Assembly: GCA_022825265.1 (NCBI GenBank)
Contig: JAJDXE010000011.1
Span: 90,204-154,203 of the forward strand
DNA from: Dehalococcoidia bacterium
GTDB lineage: Bacteria > Chloroflexota > Dehalococcoidia > Bin125
Length of the DNA: 64,000 nucleotides
Reading direction: 5' to 3'
Position 1 is the first letter of the stretch. Each line of letters starts with the position of its first letter. Position numbers and translations under genes: made by a program. Under the pieces are notes generated by a model. The model did no database searches, was not told the origin of the DNA, and saw only the letters and a list, made by a program, of their open reading frames with translations. Below, in pieces: positions 41,973 to 51,698 of the stretch.

Positions 41973-42476
41973 ATGAGACGACCACCAATCCTCCTGGCGA
42001 TTGCGCTGCTGATGACGCTGGCGATTGGCCTGAGCGCCTGTCGCGCGCCGAATGTCAACGACATCGATGATCTGCAGGTGGAGGCTGCGCGTGCAAATGA
42101 ATCGGCCCAATGGGCGCAGATACTCGCCGCGCTCGAACCGCTCGATCCGCTGCGTTATCACGAGCACGATGCGACGATCCGCAACGACGGCCATATCCCG
42201 GCCGAGGCGGTGATCTGGGCGAGGCGAGCGCGCGAGGTGCTTGACTGGGTCGACTGGCCGCCGGAGCTCGACGGGCACGTTGAGCAGTACGGCGAGTGGC
42301 TGGACGCGCTGCTGGCGGCGTTCCACGAGGATGACGCAATCGCCGCGGACGAACCGTCGCGGATCGTCCACGCGCTGGCGCACACATTCGAGGCGACGCT
42401 GGAAGCGTGGCTGAGCAACGAATCGCTGCCGGCCGTCCCGGCGCTGGCCGGTCTGGAGCCGCCCGCCCATCACTAG
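41973..42476 (+). CDS. His-rich lipoprotein of unknown function
   Basis: Lipobox LSAC; YHEHD, VHALAH, C-terminal HH; first gene of the cop cluster. Confidence 0.75.
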   Translation: MRRPPILLAIALLMTLAIGLSACRAPNVNDIDDLQVEAARANESAQWAQILAALEPLDPLRYHEHDATIRNDGHIPAEAVIWARRAREVLDWVDWPPELDGHVEQYGEWLDALLAAFHEDDAIAADEPSRIVHALAHTFEATLEAWLSNESLPAVPALAGLEPPAHH

Positions 42477-42477
42477 G

Positions 42478-43143
42478 ATGAGCGAAATGACCATGCCTAC
42501 GCGGCTGCCGGCCTTACTCGCACTGGCCGCGGCCGTGCTCTGGTTCTCCACGACCGATACCGATGCTCACGCGGCGTACGAGTCCTCCTCGCCAGCGTTC
42601 GCGGAGGTACTCGACAAATCGCCGTCCGAGATCAGCATCCGCTTCACGCAGGAGTTGTTTCGTCGAGAGGGCGGGAACGAGCTATGGGTTGAGAGCGCTC
42701 GTGGGGGCGATATCTCGCAGTACCTGTTGCCAATCGTGATCAGCAACGAGGATCGGCACGTGATGCGCGCCGAGCTTGATTTCGAGCTTCGCCCGGGTCG
42801 GTACCTCGTGAGTTGGGTGAATCTCTCGGCGGAGGACGGCGACACGGACAGCGGGTCGATCCCCTTCTATGTAGCCACAGAACCAACGATGTCGGAAATC
42901 GAGGTCGATCGGACAATGGCGCAGGAACTGCTGATCATTTATCCCGGCGACGAACCGGAGGAGCCCGAGGCCGTCGAGACCGTGGCGCCCTTGACGCCTG
43001 CCGTGGTACGTGCTGATCAGAGCGACGACGCCTCGCTCGGCGCCGGACCGATCATCTGGCTGGCCGCGGGAGGGCTCGCGGCACTCTTTGTCGTCGGAGC
43101 GATGGGTGTTCGTCTCGGCAGTCGCAGGCGGCACGATCCGTGA
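42478..43143 (+). CDS. CopC-family protein with C-terminal TM anchor
   Basis: Signal peptide then HAAYESSSP, PGRY.V.W..LSAEDGD..SG. Confidence 0.82.
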   Translation: MSEMTMPTRLPALLALAAAVLWFSTTDTDAHAAYESSSPAFAEVLDKSPSEISIRFTQELFRREGGNELWVESARGGDISQYLLPIVISNEDRHVMRAELDFELRPGRYLVSWVNLSAEDGDTDSGSIPFYVATEPTMSEIEVDRTMAQELLIIYPGDEPEEPEAVETVAPLTPAVVRADQSDDASLGAGPIIWLAAGGLAALFVVGAMGVRLGSRRRHDP

Positions 43144-44147
43144 GACGTATGGTCGTCTTCTGCTTCGGGTTCCTGGCACTTGCCCTTGCCGCGTGCGGCG
43201 GAGGGAGCGCGGACCAGGCAGAGCGCCGCATCCCGGCGCCGGGAACGTTCGTCTTTACGCAGGGCGTCGACCTCTGGATCCAGGACGAGGATGGCGCCCG
43301 CCTGCTGATCGCGGCCGAGCAGGATCAGCAACTGCTGCATCCGGCGATCTCTCCCGACGGTAGGCGAGTCGCTTACGTCGTGTTCCAGCTCACGCAGGCC
43401 GAGGGCACGACGATTGGCACCGACCTGGCTATCGCAGAACTTGACGACCCAAAGCAAGAGCTTCTGACCCAGCACACCAGGCAGGCGGAGTTCGTCTGGA
43501 CTCCTCGCTGGACTCCCGACGGTCGATCCCTGATCTTCACCCACGAACCTGGCGAACTCGTGATCCGAGTCGCCAAACTGGATCTGCTGCGACGCGAGAT
43601 CGAGATCCTACGAGAAGACGCGCGCGACGCAGACATCTCGCCCGACGGCTCAACCCTGGTCTTTGTCAACGCTCCCTATAGCGGCGACCCGCATCTCGTC
43701 TTGAGAGACCTGGCTGACGGTTCAGAGACCGTTCTTGACCCGGAACGAGCGTGGCAGCCCAGACCTTTCCGTATCCCCCGATTCTCCGCCGACGGGGAGG
43801 CTGTCATCTTCTCCGCCGGCCAGTTCCTGCCGCAGGTATCCGCCATCGCGCTCGGCCTCAACGGGCCGGAAGACATCTGGCGCTACGACCTCGCCACCAG
43901 AGACCTCACACAGCTCGCTGCGATCGGTGAGGACCAGCCGGACTTCGCCCTCTCGGATGATGGTCGGCACGTGCTGATCTTCGGCACGTTTGGAATCTAT
44001 CTGGTCGCAGATCCCGCTACCGACCCACCGTTCGCCATCGCGCCGGGCGAGTTCCACGGCAGCCTCGACTGGATCGGCAGCGTGAGCGAGGCGGAATGGT
44101 CGGAGATTCGCGGATTGGTCTACGAGATTCCGGAAACGACCCAATGA
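43140..44147 (+). CDS. TolB-like (PD40) beta-propeller lipoprotein
   Basis: Lipobox LAAC; repeats PAISPDG, PRWTPDG, DISPDG, PRFSADG, ALSDDG. Confidence 0.85.
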   Translation: MRRMVVFCFGFLALALAACGGGSADQAERRIPAPGTFVFTQGVDLWIQDEDGARLLIAAEQDQQLLHPAISPDGRRVAYVVFQLTQAEGTTIGTDLAIAELDDPKQELLTQHTRQAEFVWTPRWTPDGRSLIFTHEPGELVIRVAKLDLLRREIEILREDARDADISPDGSTLVFVNAPYSGDPHLVLRDLADGSETVLDPERAWQPRPFRIPRFSADGEAVIFSAGQFLPQVSAIALGLNGPEDIWRYDLATRDLTQLAAIGEDQPDFALSDDGRHVLIFGTFGIYLVADPATDPPFAIAPGEFHGSLDWIGSVSEAEWSEIRGLVYEIPETTQ

Positions 44148-46342
44148 AGGCCGCGCTGGTTGGTTTGTTGGCGCTGACCGCAGTTCTGGCGACTGTGCTC
44201 TGGCCGCAGCCTGCCGATGCCCATGCGCTGCTGGCCCGCGCCGACCCGCCGATCAACGCCTCCCTGCGCGAATCTCCGACCAGGATCACGCTGTTCATGA
44301 CCGAGCAGCTGCAGCGCAGCCACAGCTCCGTCGAAGTCCTCGACAGCGCCGGACAGCGCCGCGACATCGGCGAGACCGAGTTCTCGGACGAGGTGCCGAC
44401 CCAGATGGGCGTGCGCGTGCTAAAGCTCGACCCGGGCGTCTACACCGTTGTCTGGGAGACGCTCTCCGAGGTCGACGGTCACACCTGGTCCGGGTCTTAC
44501 GTGTTCTCGGTGCTGAATCCCGACGGCTCCGCTCCCGCCGGCGGCGGCGTAGAGATCGACCTCAGTCGACCGGGACCACCCGTCGCGGCCGACGCCATCG
44601 TCAAAGCAGTCGGACTTGGGTCGCTCGCGCTCTTCGTAGGCGCCGTCTTCATCTCGGTCTTGCTCCGACCCTCGCCGATACCCACGCTGCTCCCGCTGAT
44701 GGCGGCGACGGTCGTGATCGGAATCGCAGCCACCGGCTACGAAGCGATCGCCGGCGCACTTCGCCTCGGAGACATCGGATTCCTCGGCGACGTCCTCTTC
44801 GACACGCGCAACGGCCTCTGGCTGCAACAACGCTGGTACGCGCTGATCGTGGCGGCAGCCGCAATCAGCGTTCGCTTGCTCAGACCGACGTGGATTCCCG
44901 AGCGACACCTGCTCACCGCGCTCGGCGTCCTCGGAATCGCCTGGCTGGCGTCCGCCTCGGCGATTTCCCACGGGGCTGCGATCGGCTCGGGCTGGATCTG
45001 GGGCACGCTGTTCGACGCCCTGCATCTGACGGCCGCCGCGCTCTGGATCGGAGGCCTGATCAGCCTGCTCATCGCCCTGCGCAGCCGACCCAATGACCGC
45101 ATCGAATCGGTCCGACGATTCTCCGTCGTCGCCGCGCTCTCGGTTCCCGTGCTGATCGCGGCCGGGCTGCTTTCGGCACTGATCCAGATTCCCAACGTCG
45201 GCGGCATCGTCGAGACCGACTGGGGCATCGCGTTCCTCATCAAGATCGTGATTCTGGCCGGAGTCTTCGCAGCCGCCGGAGCGAACGCATTCTTCTTACG
45301 ACCACGCGATGCTGCAACCGAGGGCAAGGATGAGACGCTGACCAGGCGGTTCAAGCACATGATGCGCGTTGAGGCGGCATTAGGACTAGCCGTGATCGCC
45401 GCGTCGGCTGCGTTGACCCAACTGCCATCGCCCGCCAGCGCACAGCCCGAGGTGGAGCAGAAGGACAACACGGTCGTCGAGACGGTCACGCGAGGTCCAA
45501 TCGTCGCCTCGCTTGAGATCACCCCGAACCTGGTCGGATTCAATACCTGGACTGCAACGATTGACGGCGTACAAGGCAATCCGGTCGAGGCGCTGCTCCT
45601 GCGATTCCGCTACGCCGACCGCAGCGTCGGTCCGGTCACCGTGCCGACGACCGCGATCTCGGAGAACCAGTTCCAGCTCGAAGGCGCGTACTTCGGCTTG
45701 CCAGGTCTCTGGACGGTCGAGTTGGAACTGCGCAGGGCGGCCGGAGACGATCTGCTCGTCGCCGTCCAGACCGACGTGGAATCGGGCTTCCAGGCGTCGC
45801 CGTTTGCCGCCGACCGAGGCGGCGCGCTGGCGCTTCCGCTGACCCAGATGGACTGGAATGGCGTCGGTGCGCTCTGGGCGTTCGTGCTCGGAGGATTGGC
45901 CTGGATCAACCGACCGCGGATCCGCCGGACCTGGGGTCCGCGAGGCGGCGATGCGGCCTTCGTGACCGGCTTGCTCGGGCTGATCGTGGCTATTGTCTTG
46001 CTGACCGGGCTGCATGTGGAGCCCGGACGGACGCTGGCCAATCCGGTGCAACGAACAGCGGAGTCAATCGATCGCGGCGCCGTGCTGTTCGCGGCCAACT
46101 GCGCCTCCTGCCACGGCGAGACCGGCGCCGGCGACGGCCCATTGGCCGATTCGCTGCCGGCCCCTCCGGCCAACTTCACCGTCCACGTCCCATTTCACCC
46201 CGACGGCGTGCTCTTTGCCTGGATCACGGATGGCATTCGCGGCACCGGCATGCCTGCCTGGTCGCCTCAGTTGTCGGACCAGGAACGGTGGGACCTGGTC
46301 AACTTCCTCAGGGCCAACTTTGATATCGCCGCTGTCCAGTGA
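44144..46342 (+). CDS. CopC-CopD-Ig-like-cytochrome c fusion protein
   Basis: HALLARADP...EVDGH (CopC); SHGAA, HLTAAALWIGGL (CopD); CASCH..GMP cytochrome c; ATGA overlap at 44144-44147. Confidence 0.88.
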   Translation: MKAALVGLLALTAVLATVLWPQPADAHALLARADPPINASLRESPTRITLFMTEQLQRSHSSVEVLDSAGQRRDIGETEFSDEVPTQMGVRVLKLDPGVYTVVWETLSEVDGHTWSGSYVFSVLNPDGSAPAGGGVEIDLSRPGPPVAADAIVKAVGLGSLALFVGAVFISVLLRPSPIPTLLPLMAATVVIGIAATGYEAIAGALRLGDIGFLGDVLFDTRNGLWLQQRWYALIVAAAAISVRLLRPTWIPERHLLTALGVLGIAWLASASAISHGAAIGSGWIWGTLFDALHLTAAALWIGGLISLLIALRSRPNDRIESVRRFSVVAALSVPVLIAAGLLSALIQIPNVGGIVETDWGIAFLIKIVILAGVFAAAGANAFFLRPRDAATEGKDETLTRRFKHMMRVEAALGLAVIAASAALTQLPSPASAQPEVEQKDNTVVETVTRGPIVASLEITPNLVGFNTWTATIDGVQGNPVEALLLRFRYADRSVGPVTVPTTAISENQFQLEGAYFGLPGLWTVELELRRAAGDDLLVAVQTDVESGFQASPFAADRGGALALPLTQMDWNGVGALWAFVLGGLAWINRPRIRRTWGPRGGDAAFVTGLLGLIVAIVLLTGLHVEPGRTLANPVQRTAESIDRGAVLFAANCASCHGETGAGDGPLADSLPAPPANFTVHVPFHPDGVLFAWITDGIRGTGMPAWSPQLSDQERWDLVNFLRANFDIAAVQ

Positions 46343-46422
46343 AGAGTCGCTAGCTGATACGCTGATTGCATCCGAACCAAGTGGCAGCGCGTCCTCCGCC
46401 GCCCTTCTGATAGGAATCCAAC

Positions 46423-47457
46423 ATGGTCACCGCGATTGAGAACCCGGGCCTCAACCTTGACTGGCTGAACCTGGAAACCGATGACGAGTTCGAGATCAAG
46501 GCCGGTCGCAAGGGTGTCACCCTGCAGTCGATCAACCAGCGCATGGCCGGCGTCGAAGGAGTCGATCAGGCCGACTGGCGCTCCTTCGCGCCGCGCGGCA
46601 TCGAGGCCGACCCGCGCTCCAATGCCCACGCGCGACAGTACCGCGACAAGGGCGATGTCTGGTCCGAGTCGGCGATGTTGCTCTACGAAGAGGCGCTGCA
46701 GCGGCAGTGGTCCTCGGCGCGCGACATCCCCTGGGACACGATCGGCGACCAGCCGGACGACATCGAGAAGGCGATGTGCACCCTGTGCACCTTCCTGACC
46801 CAGGTCGAGTTCATCGCCGGCGACGTGCCCGGCCGCTTCCTCGAGTCGGTCCACCCTGACTTCTTCGAGTCGCAGCTCTTCCTCGGCACACAGCTCATGG
46901 ACGAAGCGCGTCACCTCGACGTGTTCCGCAAGCGCGTGTTGGTCAACGGCGGCGGCATGTCGCCGGCCGGACTCGGCGCCGTCGGGCTGCTCGCCATCGA
47001 CGACTTCACCGAGATGACCGCCATCCTTCACCTTTTCGCCGAGGGTCTGGTTCAGTCGCTCTTCCGCATGGGCGAGCTGATCGGTCAGAACGAGGCCGAG
47101 AAGCGCATGTTCCGCCTCTCCGCGCAGGACGAGTCCCGCCACCTCGCGTTCGGCGTCACGCACACCAAGTACACCGTCGAGACGCAGCCCTGGCGCAAGG
47201 AAGAACTGCACCACTACCTCGACATCAACGAGACCGTGCAGAACACCCAGGCCGGCCTGACCACGAACCCGATCACGGGCGAGGCCCTGGCCGTGCTCGC
47301 TGGCGGCGGCATCGAATACCTCGACGAGGGCTACAACCTGCTCATGCTGATGCGCAAGAAGCAGATCAATGAGTACTACCACCGCCTCCAGGTGGTCGGC
47401 CTCGGCGACCGGCTCGACCGGATGGCGCCTGAGTTGCGTGAGCTGATCACCGTCTAG
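46423..47457 (+). CDS. Ferritin-like diiron protein with intact carboxylate ligands
   Basis: E(QVEF), DEARH, E(FAEG), DESRH. Confidence 0.85.
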   Translation: MVTAIENPGLNLDWLNLETDDEFEIKAGRKGVTLQSINQRMAGVEGVDQADWRSFAPRGIEADPRSNAHARQYRDKGDVWSESAMLLYEEALQRQWSSARDIPWDTIGDQPDDIEKAMCTLCTFLTQVEFIAGDVPGRFLESVHPDFFESQLFLGTQLMDEARHLDVFRKRVLVNGGGMSPAGLGAVGLLAIDDFTEMTAILHLFAEGLVQSLFRMGELIGQNEAEKRMFRLSAQDESRHLAFGVTHTKYTVETQPWRKEELHHYLDINETVQNTQAGLTTNPITGEALAVLAGGGIEYLDEGYNLLMLMRKKQINEYYHRLQVVGLGDRLDRMAPELRELITV

Positions 47458-47479
47458 AGCCCCGCCTGGCGGGACGCGA

Positions 47480-47622
47480 CCAGGACAGTCCAGGACCATT
47501 CATGCGGATTCTCGGAGTCACACTGCCGAAATCTGGATGAGTCTGGACAATTCTGGACGAATCTGGACAAACCTGAACACCTGAAGGCGCGATCCGGCCC
47601 CGCCGACCTGAACCACACGGGA
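47480..47622 (+). repeat. 10-bp-period repeat block of dispersed element 3 (truncated)
   Basis: ATCTGGATGA/GTCTGGACAA/TTCTGGACGA/ATCTGGACAA/ACCTGAACAC (47531-47580), CCAGGAC x2 at 47480/47490, ACACGGGA at 47615-47622. Confidence 0.78.
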
Positions 47623-47629
47623 GATTCCC

Positions 47630-48904
47630 ATGCCAGCCCTCTCACCCGCCCAGAAAATGCGCGCCCAGGTGCGCGGTTGGTCCCCTGAACTGGTTGAGCG
47701 TGCGGAACAGTCCGCTGCATCTGGCCGGCAGATCGACAACATCCTCAACGTGTCGATCGAGCCCAACCGAATCGCCAAGTGGCTCGACTTCATCGAGTCC
47801 AATCCCGATCACCCCTCTGCGCAAGCGCAGTTCATCATGTTCGAGGACGGCGGCGAGACGGGCCTCAAGCCGACACCGTCCGAGGACGGTATGCGTCTCA
47901 GCGATGTCGACATCGGCTCCTACGGTCACGTGCCCGACGTGTGGAACTACCGCAACGACCTGCCCCGAGGCACGCGGCCCGTTCCCGGCATGTACATGCC
48001 GGCCGGCTACGCGATCTACGACCGCACAGAGGTCTGGGCCGACGGCGTCGCCGACCTCTACGAGGACGCCATCCGCGACCGCTGGATCCCGGCTACCGAC
48101 CTCGACTGGGAGAACCGCGAGGAACTCTCGCCCGAGGTTGAGCGGGCCACCGGGCAGCTCTGCGCGATTTACTCGACGTACGGCATCGCCGAGCAGAAGA
48201 TCATTTCCAAGTGGCTGGAGGAGATCTCCTACGGCTTCCACGAGGTCAAGCTCTTCCTGGCGACGCAGGTCTACGACGCCGGCCGCAAGGTCGAAGTGCT
48301 GCGCAAGCGCGCGCTGCATGGCTCCGGGGTCATCGGCAAGGCGCCGCTCTCGGACGTTTCCGAGACTTGGTACAGCGCGCTCACCTTCACCGACATGATC
48401 ATCGCGCTCGATGTGGTCTACAAGTCCTACGAGCTGACGGCCTTTGAGTGCGCGACCGACTGGGCCCGCTCAGACTTCGACCGCGATCTCTTCGCCCGCC
48501 TGGCCGAGGACAGCAAGCGGCATCTCCAGTACGGACTCAAGCACCTCGAGTGGTACAACCGCTACGCAGAGCGCGCCGACCTCGAGTTGCCGATCTTCTT
48601 CATCAAGGCTGAAGGCGGTCTCTCGTCCGAGCTGGCGCAGTCGCCGCTCGAGCGCGAGGCGCTGGCAGTGCTTTACGCCGACGGCGTCGAGCGACTCGAT
48701 GCCGGCGTGGAAGGGCTGCGCAAGCTGCGCGAGAAGCAGTACCACGACTACCTGCACCGATTGCACGAGCACGGCTTCGACCGGATCGGCGAGACGGCCA
48801 GCATCCTCGGTCTCGTGACTCAGGACCCGCTGCTCAAGGCGCTCAACCCAGAGGCGCTGGTCGAGGGCGCGGCCGCCGGTACGACCGCGACCGACCGCGA
48901 CTAA
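47630..48904 (+). CDS. Ferritin-like paralogue with degenerate metal site
   Basis: Aligns to 46423-47457 (LYE.A....W, LFL.TQ..D..R, LRKR) but has DAGRK and DSKRH. Confidence 0.82.
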   Translation: MPALSPAQKMRAQVRGWSPELVERAEQSAASGRQIDNILNVSIEPNRIAKWLDFIESNPDHPSAQAQFIMFEDGGETGLKPTPSEDGMRLSDVDIGSYGHVPDVWNYRNDLPRGTRPVPGMYMPAGYAIYDRTEVWADGVADLYEDAIRDRWIPATDLDWENREELSPEVERATGQLCAIYSTYGIAEQKIISKWLEEISYGFHEVKLFLATQVYDAGRKVEVLRKRALHGSGVIGKAPLSDVSETWYSALTFTDMIIALDVVYKSYELTAFECATDWARSDFDRDLFARLAEDSKRHLQYGLKHLEWYNRYAERADLELPIFFIKAEGGLSSELAQSPLEREALAVLYADGVERLDAGVEGLRKLREKQYHDYLHRLHEHGFDRIGETASILGLVTQDPLLKALNPEALVEGAAAGTTATDRD

Positions 48905-48941
48905 CCGATTCCGCAATCAGCCTCGCCCGTATCATTGCGTG

Positions 48942-49736
48942 GTGACCTCGCCTGAAATCGGACTGAACCATGAGATCGACGGGCCGTCCGACGGGCGGCC
49001 CGTGCTGTTTGTGCACGGAATCCTGACCTGCCGCGCCCATTGGCTGCTCAATCTGCCCGCCTTTCACGACGCCGGATTCCGCAGCATCACGGTCGACCTT
49101 CTGGGCCACGGCTCCTCGCCGTCCCCCGAGGATGAGGCGTCCTACCATCCCGACCGATACATCGATCACTTCACTGCGCTCAGGGAGTTGGTCGGCGCTG
49201 AGCGCTGGTATGTCGTTGGACAGTCGCTGGGAGCGGCGTTGACGCTCAACTACGCCATGTCGCGTCCCGAGGAGGTCATCGCCCACGTCGTGACCAACTC
49301 ACACTCGGCCTTTGGCGAACTCGAGCGAATCCGCAACCCTGAGGCGGCGCAAGCACGAGCGCAGGGGATGATGGACGGCGGGATCGACGCGGTGATGCGC
49401 CACCCGCTCAATCCCCGCCGAGCGCGGGCGTTCAGCGATGCTCAGCGCGCCGAGTTTGACGACGCGATGCTGCTCAGCGATTCCACAGGGATCGCCCGGA
49501 CGATGATGTGGACTTCGCCGCACACGCCGCTGCGTCATCGACTGCCCTCGAATCCGGTCGACACCCTGCTGGTCGCTGGTGATCGCGAGGAGGCATTCGT
49601 CTCGGCCCGGGAATGGGTCGAGGAGAACGCCGCCAACTTCCAGATCGAACGGGTTTCCGCTACCCACGCCGTCAACATCAGCGCCGCCCAAGATTTCAAT
49701 AGGATCGCAATAGAGTTTCTCAATCAGTACTCATAG
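48942..49736 (+). CDS. Alpha/beta hydrolase
   Basis: FVHG, DLLGHG.S, GQSLG, THAVN; start GTG 48942 follows TATCAT-N6. Confidence 0.88.
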   Translation: MTSPEIGLNHEIDGPSDGRPVLFVHGILTCRAHWLLNLPAFHDAGFRSITVDLLGHGSSPSPEDEASYHPDRYIDHFTALRELVGAERWYVVGQSLGAALTLNYAMSRPEEVIAHVVTNSHSAFGELERIRNPEAAQARAQGMMDGGIDAVMRHPLNPRRARAFSDAQRAEFDDAMLLSDSTGIARTMMWTSPHTPLRHRLPSNPVDTLLVAGDREEAFVSAREWVEENAANFQIERVSATHAVNISAAQDFNRIAIEFLNQYS

Positions 49737-49763
49737 TGAGCGTGAGCGTGCGGAGGGTGAACA

Positions 49764-51698
49764 GTGGAGGAGGCGCTTGACTTCACGCCACTCCTACTCG
49801 TCAGCATCCTCGCAGTCGCGGTTCCATTTGTCGCCTGGAGACTGACCGGCGGTCTGGTTCCAGCGGTTGTCGGGGAAGTGCTGGTTGGCATCCTCTTTGG
49901 CGAGCCGGTCCTGGGGATCATTACGCGCGACAACGAGTGGCTGACGTTTCTCGGACTGTTCGGGTTCGCCTATCTCATGTTCCTCTCCGGACTTGAAATC
50001 AACCTCGGTCTGCTGGGTCAGTCGCCAGGCCGACGTTGGTACGTCCCAAGAATTGCGCTGCGGCATCCACTGATCTCGGGCATGGTGTTGCTCGTCCTGG
50101 TCGTGGTCTTTACGTACCTGGGCTTGCATCTGATGAGCACCGTGGACTTGATCGACACCGGCCAGATTCCAATGTTGCTGTTCATCCTGATCGCCACCGC
50201 GGTCGGGGTCATCGTTCCGGTGCTGAAGGATCGGCCTGACCTGGGGCGGATGGGCCAGTCGCTGTTGGTCGGTGGGTTTTTGCTGGAGTTTGTCGCCATT
50301 GTTGGTGTCGGGGTGGTTGCAGGACTTGAGCGAGAGGGGATCAGTTGGAAGATCTTCCTCATCCTCTCGGTTCCTGCTGCGTTGGTGTTGATGGTCTGGC
50401 TATCGCGATATGGCAGTGGTCGATTCCCGATCATTCCGCGCACGATGCATGAGTTGGCGCAGACTTCATCTCAGCTGAAGATTCGCGCGTCGCTGGCCTT
50501 GCTGGTCGTCTTTGTTGCCCTGTCTCAGGTGGCAGGGACGGAGATGGTGTTGGGGGCGTTCGTGGCCGGCCTGGCGGTGACGGTGGTGTCGCCACGTCAT
50601 GGGTCTTCGCTGCGAGGCAAGCTTGATGCATTGGGCTACGGCTTCTTCGTGCCGATCTTTTTCATCCACGCCGGCGCGACCCTGCATCTGGGAGAGGTCT
50701 TCAACTCGGTTGACTCGCTGATCCTCGTACCGGTGCTGCTTCTGGTCGCGTTTGGGGCCAAGCTGGCGCCAGCACTGATCAGCCTGGTGCCCGCGTGGGG
50801 CGTACGCCCGGGGTTGGCGGGCGGCTTCCTGTTGAGCGCCAACCTCTCGTTGGTGCTCGCAGCCGGCGCGATCGCAGAGGACCTTGGCGTCATTGACGAC
50901 GGGCTGCACGGCGCGTTGCTGCTGATGGCGTTGTTGACGACGGTGCTTGCTCCCTTGATGTTCTCTTCAATCGCCGGTCGGGCGCCGGTGCAGGTGGATG
51001 GGCACACATTGATCGTGGGCGGAGGGGATCTGGCGAAGACGCTGGTGGAGCGCTTGATGGCTGCCGGGCGTCGAGTGATTGTGTTGGATCGGGATTCGGA
51101 CGCGGCAGCGAAGTGGGATCCGGTTGGAGTTGAGAGCGTGGTTGGCGATCCTAGCGACGCGCTGACCCTGATCAGCGTGCGGTTGTTGCAGACTGACGTC
51201 GCGGTGATCGTTGATTTCGATCACTCGGATCAGGTCGTCGAGTATGCGCGGTCGATGCGGCGCATCCACCCCACGTTGCGCGTGGTGACGTGGGTTTCGG
51301 AGCCAGACGGCCGGTTTGACCATGTCGAGATCGATGCGTACTCGCTGTCCGATGTGACGGCGCTGGCGCTTGAGGAGGCTGTGCTGCGTCCGGGGTTGCA
51401 TGCCGCTCGGAACGACCCGGAGTCCGGTTTGGTGGAGGTGGAGATGCTGAATCGGGAGATGGATGGTCAGACGTTGCGCGACATCGACTTTGAGGGGGAC
51501 GTTCGCGTGCTGGTTGTGATGCGCGATGGGGAGTCGTCGGTGGCGACTGGCGACACCACGATCTTCCTGCGCGATCGACTGACGTTGGCCGGCGCACCTG
51601 AGGCAGTTTCGGCGATGAGCAGCCGGTTCCAGCAGCGCAGCCGGCATCGTTGGCTGATTGATGTTCGGACGGCTCGCCGATCAGATGGTGAGATCTAG
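49764..51698 (+). CDS. CPA2 cation:proton antiporter with TrkA-N/TrkA-C domains
   Basis: LMFLSGLEI, LGAFVAG, GYGFFVPIFF, C-terminal IVGGG Rossmann and RCK-C. Confidence 0.9.
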   Translation: MEEALDFTPLLLVSILAVAVPFVAWRLTGGLVPAVVGEVLVGILFGEPVLGIITRDNEWLTFLGLFGFAYLMFLSGLEINLGLLGQSPGRRWYVPRIALRHPLISGMVLLVLVVVFTYLGLHLMSTVDLIDTGQIPMLLFILIATAVGVIVPVLKDRPDLGRMGQSLLVGGFLLEFVAIVGVGVVAGLEREGISWKIFLILSVPAALVLMVWLSRYGSGRFPIIPRTMHELAQTSSQLKIRASLALLVVFVALSQVAGTEMVLGAFVAGLAVTVVSPRHGSSLRGKLDALGYGFFVPIFFIHAGATLHLGEVFNSVDSLILVPVLLLVAFGAKLAPALISLVPAWGVRPGLAGGFLLSANLSLVLAAGAIAEDLGVIDDGLHGALLLMALLTTVLAPLMFSSIAGRAPVQVDGHTLIVGGGDLAKTLVERLMAAGRRVIVLDRDSDAAAKWDPVGVESVVGDPSDALTLISVRLLQTDVAVIVDFDHSDQVVEYARSMRRIHPTLRVVTWVSEPDGRFDHVEIDAYSLSDVTALALEEAVLRPGLHAARNDPESGLVEVEMLNREMDGQTLRDIDFEGDVRVLVVMRDGESSVATGDTTIFLRDRLTLAGAPEAVSAMSSRFQQRSRHRWLIDVRTARRSDGEI

